Of a stretch of DNA of 64,000 nucleotides, positions 36,995 through 50,576 are shown in pieces. The stretch covers positions 5,518,001 to 5,582,000 of the forward strand of contig CM022678.1 in NCBI GenBank assembly GCA_012295275.1, in the 5' to 3' direction. Numbering within the stretch: the first letter of the stretch is position 1; every line of letters starts with the position of its first letter. The translations under genes and the position numbers were made by a program. Below the pieces are notes generated by a model, which had not been told where the DNA came from, ran no database searches, and saw only the letters and a list, made by a program, of their open reading frames with translations. The stretch comes from Chrysomallon squamiferum. Taxonomy: Eukaryota; Animalia; Mollusca.

Positions 36995-37999
36995 ATGGCG
37001 AATAATAAGAAGCAGTTTATTTCTGGAGCCGCAAAACTATGCCTGGTTGCTATGGCAACGCTGCTCATAGAAAATATGTTATTTCACAAAAGGAACTGTA
37101 TTAAGAACATTTTGCCAAATGAAGCAAAATGTCCCGAAAGTCTAAACCTACATGTCACATTTCCACCAGGACAAACTCCGGTCTACAGATGGGACGGACT
37201 GGGCTGGAAAATGGAAATAAACTTTTGTAAATGGGCAGATTTTTCTCATTGTGTCATGTTAAAAACTAACGCTGGAGAAACTCCAATATTTGTTCACAAT
37301 CCACAGAAAGACAATTGGTTATCGAAAAGGCTGCTTAACAAACAGCCGTGGGAAGCTGAAAATATAAATCTTGTACTGGATGAAATGAAAGCAGATCCCA
37401 GTATGGGATTTCTTGATATCGGCTCTCACATTGGACTTTTCACTCTCCACGTGGCGAAGTCTGGTAGGAAGGTAGTTGCAATGGAAGTTTTGCCTGACAA
37501 TCTTCAACGACTCTGCAAGTCTGTTGAACGTGGCGGTTTAACCAACAACGTCAAACTTATTCTCAATCCTATTTCAGACGGACACGGAATTCTTTCATTC
37601 ACAAATCCAGAATCCTGTGCGTATATCGATCCTAACTCGCCACCGAACGCATCTACGTCGTCGTCGTTGTGCAGGGAATCTCTGTCGTTTCAGACGGCAA
37701 CGTTGGTTGACGTGCTCACTTTTGTCACATTCAAGAAAGCTTTCATAAAAATGGACGTTGAAGGTTTTGAGCATCAAGTAGTCAGAGGAGGAAAGAAATT
37801 CTTCTCCGAAATCGACGTGCGAGGGATTCTGATGGAATGGTTTATGCACAAGAACAAAGAAGGTGAAAAGTTTATCGAAGAGATGATGAAAATGAACTAC
37901 GTTCCTTTTGATTCTCTGTCACCTAAAAAACAGTTGAAACCGGAAGATATAATGAAATGGCCGGTTGACGTGCTTTGGAGGAAAATAGCCCGAACATGA
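36995..37999 (+). CDS. FkbM-family (Methyltransf_21) SAM-dependent methyltransferase with N-terminal membrane anchor, copy A (334 aa)
   Basis: Motifs FLDIGSHIGLFTL, KVVAMEV, FIKMDVEGFEHQVVRG, ILMEW; hydrophobic LCLVAMATLLI near the N-terminus; uninterrupted CDS. Confidence 0.92.
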   Translation: MANNKKQFISGAAKLCLVAMATLLIENMLFHKRNCIKNILPNEAKCPESLNLHVTFPPGQTPVYRWDGLGWKMEINFCKWADFSHCVMLKTNAGETPIFVHNPQKDNWLSKRLLNKQPWEAENINLVLDEMKADPSMGFLDIGSHIGLFTLHVAKSGRKVVAMEVLPDNLQRLCKSVERGGLTNNVKLILNPISDGHGILSFTNPESCAYIDPNSPPNASTSSSLCRESLSFQTATLVDVLTFVTFKKAFIKMDVEGFEHQVVRGGKKFFSEIDVRGILMEWFMHKNKEGEKFIEEMMKMNYVPFDSLSPKKQLKPEDIMKWPVDVLWRKIART

Positions 38000-39551
38000 T
38001 GTTTCTGTTTAGTAAGAAAAAATCATTAAATGTTTTCATATTCAGTAAATACATACACTGCCCGAACTAAGAAGAGTCTCCGTAGCATTCCTACTTTCTT
38101 TTTTATTTCTTTTATTTTATTATTTATTTTCTTTAAATACATTTAATCATTTATGATCATTAACACGATAATCATTTATCCTTTATCAGATATGATGCGA
38201 GGTAAAATTTAACAAAAGTTTTATTCTTATGTTTGTTTACAATTACTTGCAGCCTGCTTTATCGAGTCTCTAGCTTCTGGTTACGTAGGTTTGTAAATTA
38301 TAATTATGTTCAGTCAGTCAGTATGCCCGTCTCAGTTTATTTAACTTGTATACAGGTTTATAAAAACTGTTTATGGTTTGACACTAAGCACAGTGCTTTA
38401 AAACTTGTATACGAATGAAATTAACTGGGAAGGACATGAAAATGTCTCTCCACAATCATATGTACAGTAAATAGTACAATTCATAAACCGACTTAATTAG
38501 ACGTTTCGACACTTCGAGGAAGCAACAAACATGAGAATTTAAACTTTTGGTCAATAGTTTAATCATGTGCATAAAATATTTTGTTAAAGGTCCTGTTTCG
38601 TTACAAAAAAAAGAAAATCTATGTATACATGTTGATGTTTAATCTATTTTTTAATTTTGTTTTAATTTTGTTTTAATATTTTTATTCTCGTTACAATGGC
38701 TTGGCTCTGTCGTATTGTCTAATTTCACATTTACAAAACCTCAGTTCATCCCAATGTGTCTGGAGAAACAATTCTAGCGTCAAATCTATGTGCATGTTTA
38801 TGTAACCATCTTTTTTGTCGTTTATGTTTAATGAATATATCAACATATATCAATATAATCATCGGACTTGAGTATATTTTAACCTTCACTGTAGAGTAGA
38901 TTCATTTACTAAATTTATTTTGTTCGTTGGACACAATCAAAATTTGACAATATTCTCAAAGTGAATATAAATGAATATTCTTATTAGTTTATTACTATTG
39001 ATATTACTGCTAATACTAATACTAGTAATATTAAACAGGCATCTCAAACTGATTAAATGAGTGTAGACATTGAAACTTGTCTAGTTTTAACATTTCAAAC
39101 TGAAAAGCTTATCAACATACATTTGTAAATAATAATAAACCAAACTTAGAAAATAAATTGTTAATTTTATTTGTTTGTTATGTTGCTGTTGGCTTTATGT
39201 TTCTTTTTTTCTCTATTTATTTATTTATTATTATTAATTTTTTAAATTATTTTTATCGTTTTTATTTTGTATTATTTTTTTTTTTTTTTTTTTTTATTTG
39301 TTTGTTTGTAATATAGTGAATCTGTTTGTATCTGAACTGGGGATAAAAGTCTAATAAATCGGTGATCTTAACTTGTTTATTTGTCGTATGCATTATTTAT
39401 TTTAGTTTTTTAATTTCTTTTAATTAATTATGTATTTATTTGTTTACTTTGTTCGTTAATAGACTAGTTCTTATGTTTCTTCCTTTCTTTCAGTATTTCT
39501 TTCTCACTCGATACCCCCTTATCACCATGATTTTGAAAGTCGAAAAACGTT

Positions 39552-39739
<188 letters not shown>

Positions 39740-40531
39740 ATAATACTAACGGTACCATGTTAAAAGTATTTTCGGTTGTGCCATATCAAGTTCTTTTTTG
39801 CTCTATAGTTTTTGAAAGAAAAAAAAAAAAAAAAAAAAAACTACACAAAAATATATTATTTTCATTCATCAAATATAATGCAAAATGAAACCGGTTTGCT
39901 TGGTGAATTATGTACAAGATCGGTTGATGGTTGTTTACTGGGTAATTTTACTCATCGTCTGCGTTAATCTGTTGTCCGAAAGTTTAGCGGAGAACTGTTT
40001 GCGGACTGCGGAGAACGGTAGCGGATTGCGGAGAGCGGCAAAATGGGGATGGCGTTATACCGCATGGGAGCGTTTTAAAGAAGCTTGACTGTATTCTTTT
40101 CTGCGTATCGTGATTAAAATAAGACATTTTTGCTGCTCCGAGAAAAAACCAACACATCTCGTGTTTTTGATACAGCCAGTTATCTTTGTTTTATTATTAT
40201 TATTATTTTATCTCTCTAACGTCGAGATTGAAGCCCCGTAGTTATGAGAAACAACAACTATAATAGTATTAATATCCGTGGTGGTAAATTTACTACACTC
40301 AAGTTACGGAAAAAAACAAACATAATAAAACGCTAAGTTATTAAGGACTATAATTAAATTTCCCAATGTTTACAATCAAAAAAATAAAATAAAATAAAAA
40401 ATAAAAAATATTAAAGTCAAAACGCACTGTCATGTACCAACCGCATAAAAAAAAAAAAAAAATGTGCATTGATTATCCTTTGTAAAATATGGGGATATTT
40501 TTCTCTCTTTCAACAGTACGATATATATTTA

Positions 40532-40589
<58 letters not shown>

Positions 40590-40603
40590 CATCATCATCA
40601 TCA

Positions 40604-40656
<53 letters not shown>

Positions 40657-41790
40657 ACACACCACATTATTTGAGCTCAGGCATCATAAACACGGCCATA
40701 CTAATATCACAACCACACAGACTGCAGCAACATCTACCATACCACCTCAGCATCATCACTTACATTTACATCTATCACTTTTAAAAAACAACATCGTCAT
40801 CTACATTAATGTTTATCACTGTTAACACATAACCTCAACACCACCGTCATTAACTTCATTAACATCTATCAGTGTTAAAACGCAACCTCAAAGGCAAAAG
40901 AAGAAGAAAACAATTAAAAGGAAAATTAATAAAAAGGATGAGAAATGGAAAGAAAAGAATAAGAATATGAAGAAAAACAAAACAAAAACATAATCAAGCA
41001 TTATCACTGCTCTAATATAGTTTACATAAATCAATCTTTTATAATAATAAAGTAGTGTCTATAATTTAATAATAGTAATAAAGTTAATAAATAACAACAA
41101 CAATAATAATAAGAGTAATATCATTAATAATAATAACTGAAGAAGAAGAAGAAAGATTTAGGGGGAAAAAAGAAGTAACATAATGGACATATATTTAATA
41201 AACTCATCAATTTTATTAGGATTTTCACTTATTGTTCTAATATTAACACGAGAGGGTAAACAACAACCCACTCGTCGAAAAGCAGAAAGAAATTTGTGGA
41301 TGTAAACCTTCCCGCTGATATGAAAATCATAACACATCAAAGCTGGATCGGGACATCAGTGTTTTAAAGCGTATTCATCTGCCACATTTGTTTCTTCTTT
41401 AAAATTTGGTATCTGCAACAGAAGACCACAATATCACAATCTCGAATATCGTTGCTTAGACTTGTAAAACCAGTGACAACAACGACAACACCAACAACAC
41501 ACCACAGTCCCAACACCCATATCATTTTCATCATGCTCGACAGAGAATGTGAGAAAGAGGAAAAGAGATATTCACGTAAAGTTATGTATAATAATGATAA
41601 AAAGAATAAAGACTACAGTAAACTGACACCATCTGACAAACTTTTGCCACGATGAACTGGAAAAATTGTAAATGTATAGGTCACAAATAATAACGATGAT
41701 TATTGATGTTGTTGTCGCTTTGATTGTGATCGATGTTGTTATTATTGTTATAATTATTATTGTTAATCCTCTTATTGCAATTATCAGTTC

Positions 41791-41869
<79 letters not shown>

Positions 41870-41919
41870 GCATCATCATCGTTATTATTGTTATTATTAT
41901 TTTTTGCAGACGCTGAAAA

Positions 41920-42918
41920 ATGGCGAATAATACAAAGCAGAGCTTTTCTGGAGCCGCAAAACTATGCTTGGTTGTTATGGCAACGCTCCTCATAGAAAAT
42001 ATGTTATTTCATAAAAGCAACTATATTATGAAAATTTTGCCAAACGAAGCAAAATGTCCCGAAAGACTAAACCTCCGTGCCACATTTCCACCAGGACAAA
42101 CTCCGGTCTACAGATGGGACGGACAGGGCTGGAAAATGGAAATAAACTTTTGTAAATGGGCAGATCTTCCTTTGTGTGTCATGTTAAAAACTAACGCTGG
42201 AGAAACTCCAATATTTGTTCACAGTCCACAGAAAGACAACTGGTTATCGAAAAGGCTGCTTAACAAACAGATGTGGGAACCCGAACATATAAATCTTGTA
42301 CTGGATGAAATGAAAGCAGATCCCAGAATGGGATTTCTTGATATCGGCTCTCACATTGGACTTTTCACTCTCCACGTGGCGAAGTCTGGTAGGAAGGTAG
42401 TTGCAATGGAAGTTTTGCCTGACAACCTTCAACGACTCTGCAAGTCTGTTGAACGTGGCGGTTTAACCAACAACGTCAAACTTATTCTCAATCCTATTTC
42501 AGACGGACACGGAATTCTTTCATTCACAAATCCACTATCCAGTGCCTTTGTTAATCGTAAGGCTTCACCGAACGCATCTACGTCGTCGTCGTTGTGCAAG
42601 CAATCTATGTCGTTTCAGACGGCAACGTTGGATGACGTGCTCACTTTTGTTACATTCAAGAAAGCTTTCATAAAAATGGACGTTGAAGGTTTTGAGCATC
42701 AAGTAGTCAGAGGAGGAAAGAAATTCTTCTCCGAAATCGACGTGCGAGGGATTCTGATGGAATGGGTTCTACACAGGAACAAAGAAGATAAGCAAATTAT
42801 CATAGACATGATGAAAATGAAGTATGTTCCTTTTGATTCTCTGTCACCTAAAAAACAGCTGAAACCTGAAGATATAATGAAATGGCCGCATGACGTACTT
42901 TGGAGGAAAACAGCCTGA
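41920..42918 (+). CDS. FkbM-family methyltransferase copy B (332 aa)
   Basis: Same motifs, intact ORF, acceptor tttttgcag 10 nt before the ATG. Confidence 0.92.
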   Translation: MANNTKQSFSGAAKLCLVVMATLLIENMLFHKSNYIMKILPNEAKCPERLNLRATFPPGQTPVYRWDGQGWKMEINFCKWADLPLCVMLKTNAGETPIFVHSPQKDNWLSKRLLNKQMWEPEHINLVLDEMKADPRMGFLDIGSHIGLFTLHVAKSGRKVVAMEVLPDNLQRLCKSVERGGLTNNVKLILNPISDGHGILSFTNPLSSAFVNRKASPNASTSSSLCKQSMSFQTATLDDVLTFVTFKKAFIKMDVEGFEHQVVRGGKKFFSEIDVRGILMEWVLHRNKEDKQIIIDMMKMKYVPFDSLSPKKQLKPEDIMKWPHDVLWRKTA

Positions 42919-43785
42919 ACAGAATGATTCTATTCAATTAGAAAAATCATTATATGTTTTCATATTAAGATAGGATATTCTTATTAGTTTACTACTAGTG
43001 TTACTACCATTATAATCAGTATTACTACAACTGCTATTACTGTTACTATCATTCCTGTTAATGAAATAACATTACATAGGCAACTCAAATTGATTAAATA
43101 AGTGTCAAAAACGTATCAAAACACATATGTAAATAATATGAAACCAAAGTGAGAAAGTAAATTGTTAATTTTATTTGTTTCTTTGTTATGTTCGTGTTCG
43201 CTTTATTTATTTATTTATTTTATTTTTGTATTATTTTTTTTTTTTTTTTTTATTTACTTCCTTATAATATAGTGTATCTGCTTGTATCTTGACAACTAAT
43301 AAATTGTGGATGTTAACTTTCTTGTTTATTATTTGTATTTCTTTCATTTGTTTGTTCATTAATGAACTAGTTCTTATGTTTCTTACTTTCTTTCCTTTTT
43401 TCTCTCTGTGTCATTCGATATCCCCTCACCACCATGATTTTGAAAGACAAAAACTTAATTCACGAACGAAACGTCATGCTCTCTCTGTCACTAAATGTCA
43501 AGCTAACCTCGAGTTTGAACCGCTGGAGTTGAGTGCAACAACAACGGCAACACCAGTGATAATATCATAGTGGTAAATTTAGTACGTTCAAGGTACACAA
43601 GAAACATAATAACAAAGTTAGGTGTGTAAACGTATTAATATACGACTTTTATTCCAGAGAAAATGTCTGAGTTATTTAGTATATGACTAAATCCAAAAGA
43701 ATAACTCTGACCAACAATCCCACAGTTATTGTTTTCTTCTTTTGTGAGAAAACAGTGAAAACACAACCACTGTTAATATTATAAT

Positions 43786-43828
<43 letters not shown>

Positions 43829-45059
43829 GTAATAATAGTAATAATAATAACAGCAGCATCCAAAAACAACAGCAATAATGGAAATCTGTTTGATGAACAT
43901 GATCACGTGACAATTTAAGTAAGATGAAGAAACAAAGCGTTAGGACGAATAATAAAGAGGATAGAGAGAAAAGAAGAATAAAAAAGAAATAAAACTGGAG
44001 AGAAAAAAGGTAAATGAAGTAAAATTGAAGAATTAAAGAAGATGATGCAGAAGAAAACAGAAGAAAAACGCGAAAAGAAATCAAAAAGAGGAAAAAGGAA
44101 AACGACAAAAGACGAAGCAAAAGAAAAAGAAAACAATTAAAAGGAAGATGAATAAAGAAAATAGAAAGAAAATAATGAAAAACAAAACAAAAACATAATC
44201 AAACCTTATCACCGTCCTACCATAGTTTGCATAAATCAATCTTTCATAGTAATAAAGTATGGGAATAGAACTGCAAATACTCACAGTACTTAGTGTCGAT
44301 AATTTAATAATAGCAATAAAGTTAATAAACAACAAGAACAGCAATAACAAAAATAATATTATTAATAATAACAGAAGAAGAAGAAAGAGATTTAGGCTGA
44401 AGAAAGAAGTAACAGAATAAAGAAATATTCAATAACCTGATTAATTTTATTAAGATTCTCACATATTGTTCTGAAATTAACACGACAGGGTAAACAGCAA
44501 CCCTCTCATCGAATAGCAGCAAGAAAATTTGTGTATGTAAACCTTCCCGCTGACAGTAAACCACAAAAGCATATTCATCTGCCACATTTGTTTCTTCTTT
44601 AATATTTATATTTGCAACAAAAGACGATAATATCACAATCTCCAATATAGTGCCTTAATGCGTTACACAAAACCGGTCGCCCCAAATACAACAACAATGT
44701 AACACACATTCGACACCCATAACCTTTTCATCATGTTCAATAGAGAAGGTGGTACAAGGAAAAAGATATTCTTATAAAGTTAGGCACAAAAAACTCATAG
44801 AAAAATAAATAAAGAGAGATTCGATCAATCGATATATCAAGTTAATGAAGTGGACCGTAAAACAGTTTTTCCGTGCTGAGCTAAGGTTTAAATGTTAAGG
44901 TAACTTCGACATAAGGGTCGCAGGTCAGTGGGGAATCAAAAGTGAAGGAGAAAAAATTAAGCAGGTAAGTTAACTGAATAATTAATTAATTGTTTGTTTG
45001 TTTCGTTTCTTGGGTGGTTGGTTACGTTTATTTATTTATTTATTTATTTATTTATTTGT

Positions 45060-45090
<31 letters not shown>

Positions 45091-45226
45091 GATAGTTAGT
45101 TATTTAGTTATTTGTTTGTTTATTTATTTAATATAGACTAACTTATTCTAAGTACGTGTATGAACGATGTCGGGTTTAGTGTGTATATGGGTAACAGGAA
45201 CAAAAGAAAAAAAATCCAGGTTTAAA

Positions 45227-45604
45227 CATTTTAAAGATATCGGTCTGATTTTTATTATTATTTTTTTTTTCCTCGATATGTTACATATCAGAAAATTAGT
45301 TAGAAATGTACTTCTCTGATAGAAGTTTAATTCCATCGGTGCGTCGACTAAAAAAATTAAATGCATGCAATTAAATGTCTACTAGCAAACGATATTTCAA
45401 AATGACATCCATCAAAAATTCCAAAACATTTCTTGATTGTACTAAATTGTTTTTGAAAGTAAATATTGGTAATTACACAGATGTGTGTGAATAATTTTAA
45501 ACATAACAAAACAATCATATTTGCATTTTTCTAGACAATTTTAGAAAGTTAAATTAATTTGCTGATATATCGAAACAAACAATCAGAACGCCAACATTAA
45601 AATG
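45227..45604. mobile_element. MITE-like element upstream of copy C
   Basis: Imperfect TIRs cattttaaagatatcggtctgatt ... aatcagaacgccaacattaaaatg; homologous to 49840-50157. Confidence 0.55.
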
Positions 45605-45812
45605 ACATAATCCACACCAACATGTATTACTGTTTACATCATCTTCGTTAACATCAGCCATTGTTAATTATTGCTGATGCAGTTGTTGTTACTTTTATTG
45701 TTATTCTCATTGATGTTGTTATTAATATTACTATTATTATTATTTTTATTATTATTATTATTATGATTATTATTTTTATTACTATTATTATTATTATTGC
45801 AGACGCTGAAAA

Positions 45813-46763
45813 ATGGCAACTAGCAAGATTCAGTTCTTGTTCACAGTCGCAAAACTATGCCTGGTTGTTATGGCAACACTGCTCGTACAAAATATTTTAT
45901 TTCGTAAAACAAACATTATTATGAAAATTTTGCCAAGCGAAACAAAAGGTCCCGAAAGACTGAATCTACCTGTCACATTTCCACCAGGACAAACTCCGGT
46001 CTACAGATGGGACGGACTGGGCTGGAAAATGGAAATAAACTTTTGTAAATGGGCAGATTTTTCTCATTGTGTCATCTTAAACACTAACGCTGGAGAAACT
46101 CCAATATTTGTTCACAGTCCACAGAAAGACAACTGGCTATCGAAAAGGCTGCTTAACAAACAGCCGTGGGAACCCGAACATATAAATCTTGTACTGGATG
46201 AAATGAAAGCAGATCCCAGTATGGGATTTCTTGATATCGGCTCTCACATTGGACTTTTCACTCTCCACGTGGCGAACTCTGGTAGGAAGGTAGTTGCAAT
46301 GGAAGTTTTGCCTGACAATCTTCAACGACTCTGCAAGTCTGTTGAACGTGGCGGTTTAACCAACAACGTCAAACTTATTCTCAATCCTATTTCAGACGGA
46401 CACGGAATTCTTTCATTCACAAATCCAGAATCCAGTGCCTTTCTTAATCGTAACGCTATACCGAACGCATCTACGTCGTCGTTGTTGTGCAAGGAATCTC
46501 TGTCGTTTCAGACGGCAACGTTGGATGACGTGCTCACTTTTGTCACATTCAAGAAAGCTTTCATAAAAATGGACGTTGAAGGTTTTGAGCATCAAGTAGT
46601 CAGAGGAGGAAAGAAATTCTTCTCCGAAATCGACGTGCGAGGGATTCTGATGGAATGGGTTCTACACAGGAACAAAGAAGGTAAAAAGATTATCGAAGAT
46701 ATGATGAAAATGAACTATGTTCCTTTTGATTCTCTGTCACCTAAAAAAAAGCTGAAGATGTAA
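45813..46763 (+). CDS. FkbM-family methyltransferase copy C (316 aa; a 7-nt deletion removes the C-terminal WPxDVLW segment; possible pseudogene)
   Basis: gctgaagatgtaa versus gctgaaacctgaagatataatg in paralog B; the lost tail (atgaaatggccgcatgacgtactttgg) is still present out of frame after the stop. Confidence 0.85.
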   Translation: MATSKIQFLFTVAKLCLVVMATLLVQNILFRKTNIIMKILPSETKGPERLNLPVTFPPGQTPVYRWDGLGWKMEINFCKWADFSHCVILNTNAGETPIFVHSPQKDNWLSKRLLNKQPWEPEHINLVLDEMKADPSMGFLDIGSHIGLFTLHVANSGRKVVAMEVLPDNLQRLCKSVERGGLTNNVKLILNPISDGHGILSFTNPESSAFLNRNAIPNASTSSLLCKESLSFQTATLDDVLTFVTFKKAFIKMDVEGFEHQVVRGGKKFFSEIDVRGILMEWVLHRNKEGKKIIEDMMKMNYVPFDSLSPKKKLKM

Positions 46764-47505
46764 TGAAATGGCCGCATGACGTACTTTGGAGAAAAACTAA
46801 GGATACAGGGATCGTGTTTAATTAAAAGTATATTTCTAATTATGTTGTGCTCCATAATAAACTTTGTGCAGAGCCCTCACTGGTGTAGTTAGGAGAGGGT
46901 TTGTAATTTATATTTGGATTAGGATTTCTTTATTCTTTTAGTTTTTTTAATATTATAAACTGAATCTTAGATTATTCTTAATGTTATTTTCCACAGCATG
47001 CTAAATAAAAATTTCATATTCGTATTCATATTTTACGTAATTTGTATCTGTTTTCTTCCACTACTACTACTAGAACTATAACTACTGTTTTGCCATTTCT
47101 ATTCTACTATTTCCAAAACTATGATATAGCCATTATTATTATTATTATTATCGTCATCATCATTCTTATTGTTATGGTCATTATAACAGTCATCAACATT
47201 TTAATAATCATCTTAATCATTATCAATAGTTGTGGTAGTAGTATCAGGACTAGCAGAAGTAGCAGATGTATACATATGATATTTTTCTAAAAATTAAACA
47301 TACGATTTCACATCTGACAATATTTTGGAATAACACATCTGATTTCATAACTGACAGTGTATTTAAATTGCACGGACATATCTGACAGTTTCTTTAAATA
47401 ACAAATATAGGATTTATATATCTGGCACAGGCAGATAGATTATAGACTTGTGTGACTGCTCTCTCTCTTCTGTGTATGTGTGTGTGTGTGTATATATATA
47501 TGTAT

Positions 47506-47556
<51 letters not shown>

Positions 47557-47880
47557 TATAATTCTATGTATGTATGTACATTTACTAAAGTAAGTGTGTA
47601 TGTAGTAGTATTTACAAAGAACACACAGACACATAAAATGGTGTTTTTTTATTTCTATTTCTATTTTATTTTATTTTTTTATTTTTATTTTTTTGTTCTT
47701 GTTGGTTTTTTTGTTTTTTTTTATTTTCAACGTTGGCAAATTTTCCTCATAGTCCTTAACAATTGAGCGAACGTTTCATTCTTGTATAATTTGAATCTAT
47801 TAAATTCACCACTACGATATTAATACTATTGCAGCTGTTGTTTTTCTCTCAACAAAGGGGCTTCAGTCTGGACGTTTGCT

Positions 47881-47982
<102 letters not shown>

Positions 47983-48246
47983 GTTTAGTTCCTAAATTAG
48001 TTTTTTGTCTTTCAAAATCATGGTCGTGCTGGGACACTGATTGAGAAAGAAAGAAAAAATGAAAAAAGTAGGAAACATAAGAACTAGTTCATTAATGAAC
48101 AAACAAAAGAAAGAAACAACAAATAAACAAGAAAGTTAACATCCACAATTTATTAGTATTTTATTCTCCGCTGAGATACAAACAGACACAATAGATTATT
48201 AAGAAAGAAAAAGAGAAATAAATAAATAAATAAATACATACATACA

Positions 48247-48313
<67 letters not shown>

Positions 48314-48589
48314 AGCGAACAACAACATAATAAACAAACAAACAAAATTAACAATTTACTTTCTCACTATGGTTTCATACAAATGTATTTTGATTCGTTT
48401 TTGACACTTATTTAATCAGTTTCAGTTGCCTATGTAATCTGATTATATTAGTAGTAATGGTATTACCAGTAATAGTAGTAGTAGGCATACCTGTATAATG
48501 GTAGTAACACTAGTAGTAAACTAATAAGAATATCCTTTCACAATATGAAAACATATAATGATTTTTCTAACTGAATAGAATCATTATGT

Positions 48590-49588
48590 TCAGGCTGTTT
48601 TCCTCCAAAGTACGTCATGCGGCCATTTCATTATATCTTCGGGTTTCAACTTTTTGTTAGGTGACAGAGAATCAAAAGGAACATAGTTCATTTTCATCAT
48701 ATCTTCGATAATCTTTTCACCTTCTTTGTTCCTGTGTAGAACCCATTCCATCAGAATCCCTCGCACGTCGATTTCGGAGAAGAATTTCTTTCCTCCTCTG
48801 ACTACTTGAAGCTCAAAACCTTCAACGTCCATTTTTATGAAAGCTTTCTTGAATGTGATGAAGTTGAGCACGTCGTCTAACGTTGCCGTCTGAAACGACA
48901 TAGATTGCTTGCACAACGACGACGACGTAGTCGTATTCGGTGTAGCCTTACGATTAAGAAAGGCACTGGATTGTGGATTTCTGAATGAAAGAATTCCGTG
49001 TCCGTCTGAAATAGGATTGAGAATAAGTTTGACGTTGTTGGTTAAACCGCCGCGTTCAACAGACTTACAGAGTCGTTGAAGATTGTCAGGCAAAACTTCC
49101 ATGGCAACTACCTTCCTACCAGACTTCGCCACGTGGAGAGTGAAAAGTCCAATGTGAGAGCCGATATCAAGAAATCCCATACTGGGATCTGCTTTCATTT
49201 CATCCAGTACAAGATTTATATGTTCGGGTTCCCACGGCTGTTTGTTAAGCAGCCTTTTCGATAGCCAGTTGTCTTTCTGTGGGCTGTGAACAAATATTGG
49301 AGTTTCTCCAGCGTTAGTTTTCAACATGGCACAATGAGAAAAATCTGCCCATTTACAAAAGTTTATTTCCATTTTCCAGCCCAGTCCGTCCCATCTGTAG
49401 ACCGGAGTTTGTCCTGGTGGAAATGTGACAGGTAGATTCAGTCTTTCGGGACCTTTTGTTTCGCTTGGCAAAATTTTCATAATAATGTTTGTTTTACGAA
49501 ATAAGATTTTTTGTACGAGCAGCGTTGCCATAACAACCAGGCATAGTTTTGCGGCTGCGGACAAGAACTGAATCTTGTTAGTTGCCAT
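48590..49588 (-). CDS. FkbM-family methyltransferase copy D (332 aa from the ATG at 49588)
   Basis: Intact ORF; the extra 65 aa in the ORF track are mostly intronic microsatellite upstream of the acceptor at 49600-49601. Confidence 0.92.
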   Translation of the reverse strand: MATNKIQFLSAAAKLCLVVMATLLVQKILFRKTNIIMKILPSETKGPERLNLPVTFPPGQTPVYRWDGLGWKMEINFCKWADFSHCAMLKTNAGETPIFVHSPQKDNWLSKRLLNKQPWEPEHINLVLDEMKADPSMGFLDIGSHIGLFTLHVAKSGRKVVAMEVLPDNLQRLCKSVERGGLTNNVKLILNPISDGHGILSFRNPQSSAFLNRKATPNTTTSSSLCKQSMSFQTATLDDVLNFITFKKAFIKMDVEGFELQVVRGGKKFFSEIDVRGILMEWVLHRNKEGEKIIEDMMKMNYVPFDSLSPNKKLKPEDIMKWPHDVLWRKTA

Positions 49589-49603
49589 TTTTTCAGCGTC
49601 TGC

Positions 49604-49647
<44 letters not shown>

Positions 49648-49839
49648 TGATGATGATGATGGTAATAATAATGATGATGATAATAATATTGATGATAATA
49701 ATCATCATCATCATCATAACAACATCAACAACAATAAGAATAAAAGCAACAACAACTGCATCAACAATAATTGTTATTAACAATGGCTGATGTTAACGAA
49801 GATGTTGTAAAGAGTAATAGATGTTGGTGTGGATTATGA

Positions 49840-50157
49840 CATTTTAAAGATGGCTGTCTGATTTTTTCTTTCGATATATCAGGAAATTAATTTAATTGTC
49901 TAGAAAAATGCAAATGTGATTGTTTTGTTATGTTTAAAATTATTCACACACATCTGTGTAATTACCAATATTTACTTTCAAAAACAATTTAGTACAATAA
50001 AGAAAAGTTTTGGAATTTTTGATGGAGTTGTGTCATTTTGAAATGTACTTCACTAGTAGAAATTCAGTTCCATGCATTGATTTTTTAATATGTGACATAT
50101 CGAAGGGAAAAAATAAAAAATAATCATAATAAAAATCAGACCGCCATCTTTAAAATG
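49840..50157. mobile_element. MITE-like element upstream of copy D
   Basis: TIRs cattttaaagatggctgtctgatttt ... aaaatcagaccgccatctttaaaatg. Confidence 0.65.
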
Positions 50158-50531
50158 TTTAAACCTGTTTTCTTTCTTTTGTTCCTGTTACCTATATTCA
50201 CACTGAACCCGACATCGTTCATACACGTACTCAGAATAAGTTATTAAATAAATAAACAAACAAAGAACTAAATAAATAAGTAAATTAAATAAAATAAATC
50301 AATCAATAAATAAACGTAACCAACCAACCAAGCAACGAAACAAGCAAACGATTAATTAATTATTCAGTTAAGTTTCCTGGTTAATTTTTTCTCCTGCACT
50401 TTTCATTCCCCACTGACCTGCGACCCCTTATGTCGAAGTTACCTTAACATTTAAACCTTAGCTCAGCACGGAAAAACTGTTTTACCGTCTACAGCATGAA
50501 CTTAATATATCGACTGAAGTAATCTCTCTGT

Positions 50532-50576
<45 letters not shown>

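Noticed and set aside
37319-37507. Conserved 62-aa antisense ORF repeated in each methyltransferase copy
   Set aside because: Conservation follows from near-identity of the sense CDS
38233-38418. 61-aa ORF duplicated at 53287-53472
   Set aside because: Non-ATG start within the duplicated 3' flank; identity reflects recent duplication
39985-40075. GC-rich cluster of GCGGA motifs between copies A and B
   Set aside because: Could be a promoter or repeat end, but I found no second terminus, donor pairing or recognisable RNA structure
44870-44940. Possible tRNA/SINE-like fragment
   Set aside because: No cloverleaf or convincing A/B box pair; it is part of the duplicated flank module
49589-49783. 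65-aa poly-Ile/Met N-terminal extension of copy D
   Set aside because: Mostly intronic (ATT/ATG)n microsatellite upstream of the conserved acceptor
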